A stretch of 64,000 nucleotides of DNA. Source: Dictyostelium discoideum (taxonomy: Eukaryota). The notes beneath the pieces were generated by a model. It had not been told where the DNA came from. It saw only the letters and a program-made list of their open reading frames with translations, and did not search any database. A program made the translations under genes and the position numbers. Below are positions 58,346 to 64,000 of the stretch, piece after piece; position 1 is the stretch's first letter, and every line of letters begins with the position of its first letter. The stretch covers positions 4,032,001 through 4,096,000 of the forward strand of contig CM000153.2 in NCBI GenBank assembly GCA_000004695.1, given 5' to 3'.

Positions 58346-58816
58346 AAAATAAAATGTATAAATAAATTTAAAACTTTTTTTTAAGAATTGAGTTTCATTT
58401 TTTTTTTAAAGTTTGAGTTCATTTATTTAATTATTTTATTATTTTTTTTTTTCCTTGAATCATTGAAGATTTTAATATTTTTAAAAATAATGAAAATTAA
58501 TATTTTTTAAATGAAGTAATAATTATAAATTAATTAGATTGAAAGACGTTTTTATCAGTTTTTTTTTGACGAATAATATTACCTAATTATCTTGGAAAAA
58601 TAAGATTAGTTTCCGGAAAATTGGAAAATTAAAAAAATAAAAAATTCCAATACAACCCCCATAATTAATAGACATTGTATTAGTATTTTATTTGTGTAAG
58701 TTACATACAAATTTGATATTGAGTGGTTATATAAATGTTATATCTGTTAACTTTTTCTTTTTTTTTTTTTTTTTATTTTCTTTTTTTTAATTGTCTTTAA
58801 ACTGGGGGAGGGTTGC

Positions 58817-58867
<51 letters not shown>

Positions 58868-59118
58868 ATTAATAGAGTGGTGTTTTGTTTTGTTTTAGTT
58901 GATCACATCTCAAAAATTTTATTTAAATAAAAATAAAAAAAAAAACAAAAATAAAAATAAAAAAAACAAAAACAAAAATTAATAAAAAAAAAAAAAAAAA
59001 AAACACTAAAAAACAAACCTTTTTTATAAAAGTATTAAAAAAAAATTATATAATTATTTTATTTCATTATCTGTAACAAGTAATTTTATCTATCTATTTT
59101 TAAAAAATTGAAATAAAT

Positions 59119-59149
<31 letters not shown>

Positions 59150-59334
59150 GAATAAAATAAAATAAAAGGTAAAGTAGATAGAAAAATATCAACTCATAAA
59201 ATATTTTGTTTTTATTTATTGAATTTAGTATTAATAAAATTATTTTTCATTTTAATTATTTTATTTAATATTAATTTAAAAAAAAATAAAAAAAAATAAA
59301 AAAATAATAAAAAAAAAAAAAAATAAAATAAAAA

Positions 59335-59367
<33 letters not shown>

Positions 59368-59462
59368 GATATTTTAATAAAAGCTGTTTAAAAATAATTA
59401 ATAATAATAATAATAACAATAATTAAAATATTAAAAAATAAAAAAAATAAAAAAATAAAAAA

Positions 59463-59780
59463 ATGAAATTTCAATTTTCATCGCCCAGTAAAATATTTCT
59501 GTTTTCAAGTGTAATTTTGATATTAATATTTATAGGAATAAAATTTGAACTACTTGAAGATACAAATAGCAACAGAAATGATAAATTTAATAATATAATT
59601 AATAGATTTATAAATTATAATATCGATGACTCAATTTATAAAAACAAACAACAACAACAACAATTTTCAAATAAAATTTATTCAAATGAAAAGAAAATTT
59701 TATTAAAAAATAAAATAATTGATACAACAATTAAACCTTCAATAAATATTAATAATAATAATAATAATAATAATAAATTA

Positions 59781-59864
<84 letters not shown>

Positions 59865-62800
59865 TATTATAATAGTATTGAATATTATTCATCATTCGTA
59901 TCAAGATTATTAAAATCAAATGATGATGATGGTATTTATTATGATGACTATCAATCAAAATATAAAAAGAATCATTATATAGTTCAATTTAAAGATCGTA
60001 TAAATGATGAAACTAGAGAACAATTGAAGGAATTTTTAATTGGTACTGATATAACAATATTAAAAGAACAACCATTTAAATCACATATAGTTCACTATAT
60101 ACCACATGATAGTTTCTTAGTATTTATGACTAAAGAGCAAAGTGTATTATTATCAAGTAAAGAATGGATATCATGGATTGGTGAACATGAACCATCAAAT
60201 AAAATACATTTAAATTATCATGAAAAGTCAATTGGATATCCGGTTTATATTATATTAAGTGGTTCAACAAATTCATTAATTCAAAGATGGGAGAATACAT
60301 TAAATTCAATTTTAACATCATATAATTCAAAAGTTAAATTAACATTAATTAATCAAAAGAAATTAAAATCAATTGTATATTGTAATGATGAATCACCATC
60401 ATCATCATCATCATCGTCATGTTCATTAATTGGTTCTGAGAAAATTGTATATAAATGGATTTCAGAACAAAGTGAAAGTAATTATATTGAAAGATCAGAG
60501 AAATTACAAACTGCAAATAGATTATCACCAACTGTAATTTTCGGCACAAAAGATAAATTGGTTAATAATGATAGAATTGATATTCCATTAAGAGGTAAAG
60601 GTCAGATATTGAGTATTGCTGATACTGGTTTAGATGGTAGCCATTGTTTCTTTTCAGATTCAAAGTATCCAATACCATTTAATCAAGTGAATGAAAATCA
60701 TAGAAAAGTTGTAACTTATATTACTTACCATGACAATGAAGATTATGTAAATGGTCATGGTACACATGTTTGTGGCTCTGCAGCAGGTACTCCAGAGGAT
60801 TCTTCATGGGCTATTTCATCATTTAGTGGTCTTGCAACTGACGCAAAGATTGCATTTTATGATCTTTCATCTGGAAGTTCTGAACCAACACCACCCGAAG
60901 ATTACAGTCAAATGTACAAACCATTATATGATGCAGGTGCAAGAGTACATGGTGATTCTTGGGGTTCTGTATCTTTGCAAGGTTATTATGGTGGTTATTC
61001 CGATGATGCTGGTGGTATTGATGCATTCCTCTATGAGTACCCAGAATTCTCTATACTAAGAGCTGCTGGTAATAACGAGCTATTTGCATCTTTATTAGCT
61101 CAAGCAACAGCTAAAAATGCAATTACAGTTGGTGCTGAGCAAACAGCTCATGTAAATTATGTGTCAGATGCATTGGAATATTATGATTTCTCAGATAATG
61201 CTAATTTTCAAAGACCATGTTTATTCGATAAGAAGTATTGTAATTATACGACCGCTAAATGTTGCTCAGAGGTTTCAAATGTTAAAGGTTTACAATTATG
61301 TTGTCCAGCATCTATTAAACAAAATGCATCGGATTCATTCACAACACAACCTCAATTTTATAATGAAAATAATATGGGATCATTCTCATCAAAGGGTCCA
61401 ACACATGATGGTAGATTGAAACCTGATATAGTTGCACCTGGTGAATATATTACATCGGCAAGATCAAATGGTGAGAATTCAACAGACCAATGTGGTGATG
61501 GTTCTTTACCAAATGCAAATGGTCTAATGTCAATATCTGGTACATCAATGGCAACACCATTGGCAACAGCAGCAACAACAATTCTTAGACAATATTTAGT
61601 TGATGGTTATTTCCCAACTGGCGAATCTGTCGAAGAGAATAAACTACTACCAACTGGATCATTATTAAAAGCATTAATGATTAATAATGCTCAATTATTA
61701 AATGGTACTTATTTTTGGAGTGCATCAAGTACAAATCCATCAAACGCAATATTTGAACAAATTAATGGCGCAAATTTAATTCAAGGTTGGGGTGCACTTA
61801 GAATGAATAATTGGTTATATGTTAAATCATCAAATCCAACACCACCATCAAGATGGATTGGTATCGGTGGTTTAGGTAAAAATCAAAAAGCAACTGAATG
61901 GAAAGAAGATAGTTTATCAAGTGGTTTAAATAAATCATATTGTTTCACATATAAACCATCATCATCATCATCAGGTAGTGGTGGTGGTGGTGGTACACCA
62001 AGAATTGTTGCAACATTAGTTTGGACAGATCCACCGTCATATTCTGGTGCAAAATTTAATTTAGTAAATAATTTAGATTTATTATTATTAAATAGTGATG
62101 ATGATTCAATAATTACAATTGGTAATTCTGGTGGATCATTACAACCAGCAGGAAAGGTAGCACAACCTGATACATTGAATAATGTTGAGGGTATAATTAT
62201 TAATCCAACCAAAGCAATGAATTATAAATTTACAATCGCAGGAACCAATGTACCAATTGGACCACAAAAGTTTTCATTTGTATTCCATGGTGAAAATGGT
62301 CAATTTGATTGGGCTGATAGTTGTCCACAATGTGTTGATGGTGTTCAATTTCCTTGTTTAATTACAAATGGAATTGGTATCCAGTCATGTGGATCCGATC
62401 TACTTTGGACAAAATGTATTGTACAATCTTGTAATGAAGGCTATAATTATAATTCACTCAAGAATACTTGTGATAAATTCTTATCATACAATTATATTAT
62501 CATTATCGTTGCAGGTGGTACTATGGTATTGATTATACTATTACTAATGTGGATAAAGTATCAAGAATATAAAGAGAGTAAAAGGGATAGTTTCCGTAGA
62601 TTCGATGATGGTACAGGTATTTTCGTTAGACCAAAGGATAAAGATGCAAAAGTTACGCCCCCTGATCTTTATAATTTAGTTTCACCATTCATTATCGAAT
62701 TAACAATTGCCACAGCATGTTCATTGGTCGCAACAGCAGCAAGTATCTTACAGCCATTCTATATTGGTAATATTGTAAACAACATCCCAACAACTAAAAG

Positions 62801-64000
62801 CATTGGTGAATTTAAGAGTGATTTCATTATTATCTTCATATTGGCATTCATTGAATTTTTATTTACAAATGTTGGTTCATGGATATCTGGTATTGTAAAT
62901 GAAAAGATGGTAATGAGATTACAAAATAAAGTATTCCGTGCATTGATTGCTCAAGATATGGGATTTTTCCAAAGAAATAATTCAGCATTGTTAATGAATG
63001 TTTTAATCGTTGATACACCAATGTTAAGATCGGCACTCACTGGTATACTATTATCAATTGCAACTGGTGTTTGTAAATTAGTTGGTAGTTTAGTATTCAT
63101 TTTCACAATTTCATGGAAACTTTCATTGGCATTCTTTGCAGCCGTACCAATTTTAGGTTTAGTAACTCAAATTCAATCACAATTCACTAAAAGATTAACT
63201 CGTCAATTATTATTCCATAATTCAAAAGCATCACAACATGGTACTGAGTCATTAACAAATATGCATGTAGTTACCAACTATTGTAAACAAGAGAAAGAAA
63301 TGGTTAAATATTCAGATCAATTGATGAATGTTTTCATTACTGCTAGAAAATTAATCATTACAAATACATTTGCTGGAACTGGTAAATGGTTATTAATAGA
63401 ATCATTAACATTTGTCATTCTTTATTTCTCTGCTTATTTAGTAATTCAAAAACAATTCACCGTTGGTTTAATGATTTCATTCTCTTTATACATTGGTTAT
63501 GTTGTTGATGCTTCAAGTTCTCTATTTGGTGTTTATGTTAGTTATATTCAATGTTTAGCTTCTGCAACTAGAGTTTTCATGATTTTAAGATCTGCACCAA
63601 GAAAAAGAACAACTTTAGAAGAAGAAGAAGCTGATAGATTAGCTGGTTTAAGTGGTGGTGGTGGTGGTGGTGGTGATAATGGTGATGATAAAAAAGATAA
63701 ACAAAATATTGAAAATGGTAAAGATGTTTTACCTTCAAATATTATTACACCAATTGATAATGTTGAAAATAGTAATGGTAAACAAGATGATCCAAATAAT
63801 AATAATAACAATATTGGTAATCTTGATTATAGTGAACAATTAGATGGTGTTTCAACAGTTGCTGATAGTACAGTTGGTTTAACTAAAAGAGAATTAAAAA
63901 AACAAAAAGAAAAAGAACAAAAAGAATATTTCAAACAAACTGGTATTTCAGTTGCTGAAACTCCAACATTTTTACCATCAAGTTATACAGAGTTAACAGA
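59463..64000 (+). CDS. tagB: Serine protease/ABC transporter fusion protein, Tag family copy 3, 5' portion (runs off the window end inside the ABC TMD-to-NBD linker)
   Basis: ATG at 59463 ([29 protein letters not shown]…). The frame was checked as continuous at several points (for example [20 protein letters not shown] at about 60595, [18 protein letters not shown], then TMD helices). It is absent from the ORF track only because no stop falls inside the window. A long in-frame (AAT)n poly-Asn tract lies at 59750-59870. The paralog name is tentative. Confidence 0.7.

Noticed and set aside
59749-59958. poly-Tyr minus-strand ORF
   Set aside because: It is antisense to the in-frame (AAT)n poly-Asn tract of tag copy 3.

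Overview
The window is an AT-rich nuclear segment (roughly 75-80% A+T) with Asn/Gln/Thr homopolymer tracts inside ORFs, (AAT)n microsatellites, and short (about 70-320 bp) AT-rich introns with GTAAGT/GTATGT donors and AG acceptors. That is the signature of Dictyostelium discoideum or a close dictyostelid, not a prokaryote. No CRISPR array, rRNA gene, convincing tRNA gene or recognisable transposon was found.

About 23 protein-coding genes are supported. Exon/intron structures were rebuilt by hand from the six-frame track, using donor/acceptor motifs and reading-phase consistency; most intron-containing models are phase-consistent.

- Upstream part (nt 1 to about 18 kb): the 3' end of rps5 (uS7), an alpha-amylase, a SWIM zinc-finger protein, a HIT-superfamily GalT/Apa1-type phosphorylase, an armadillo-like membrane protein, and an FNIP-repeat family locus (one frameshifted copy plus two intact members).
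- Middle part (about 19-45.5 kb): a NmrA-like-Rossmann/PIP-kinase fusion, a secreted Cys-rich 27-aa-module repeat protein, a phospholipase-B-like protein, an F-box/WD40 protein, an N-myristoylated Rab-like GTPase with triplicated 5' exons, sec63, an AGC kinase, rps10, an acidic protein, a Myb/SANT+ZZ protein, and a ROMO1/Mgr2-like protein.
- Last 18 kb: three tandem same-strand paralogs of the subtilisin-protease/ABC-transporter fusion (Tag family, tagB/tagC/tagD-like). The third copy runs off the window end.

The most interesting signals are the tag triplet with shared G-rich upstream elements, a Rab-like GTPase that lacks a C-terminal Cys but gains an MGCxxS N-terminus from one of three tandemly triplicated 5' exon units, a secreted Cys-rich repeat protein, the Rossmann-PIPK fusion, and several local oddities (a G9/C8 hairpin, promoter triplications, a (ATT)45 intron repeat, and a long intron in rps10).
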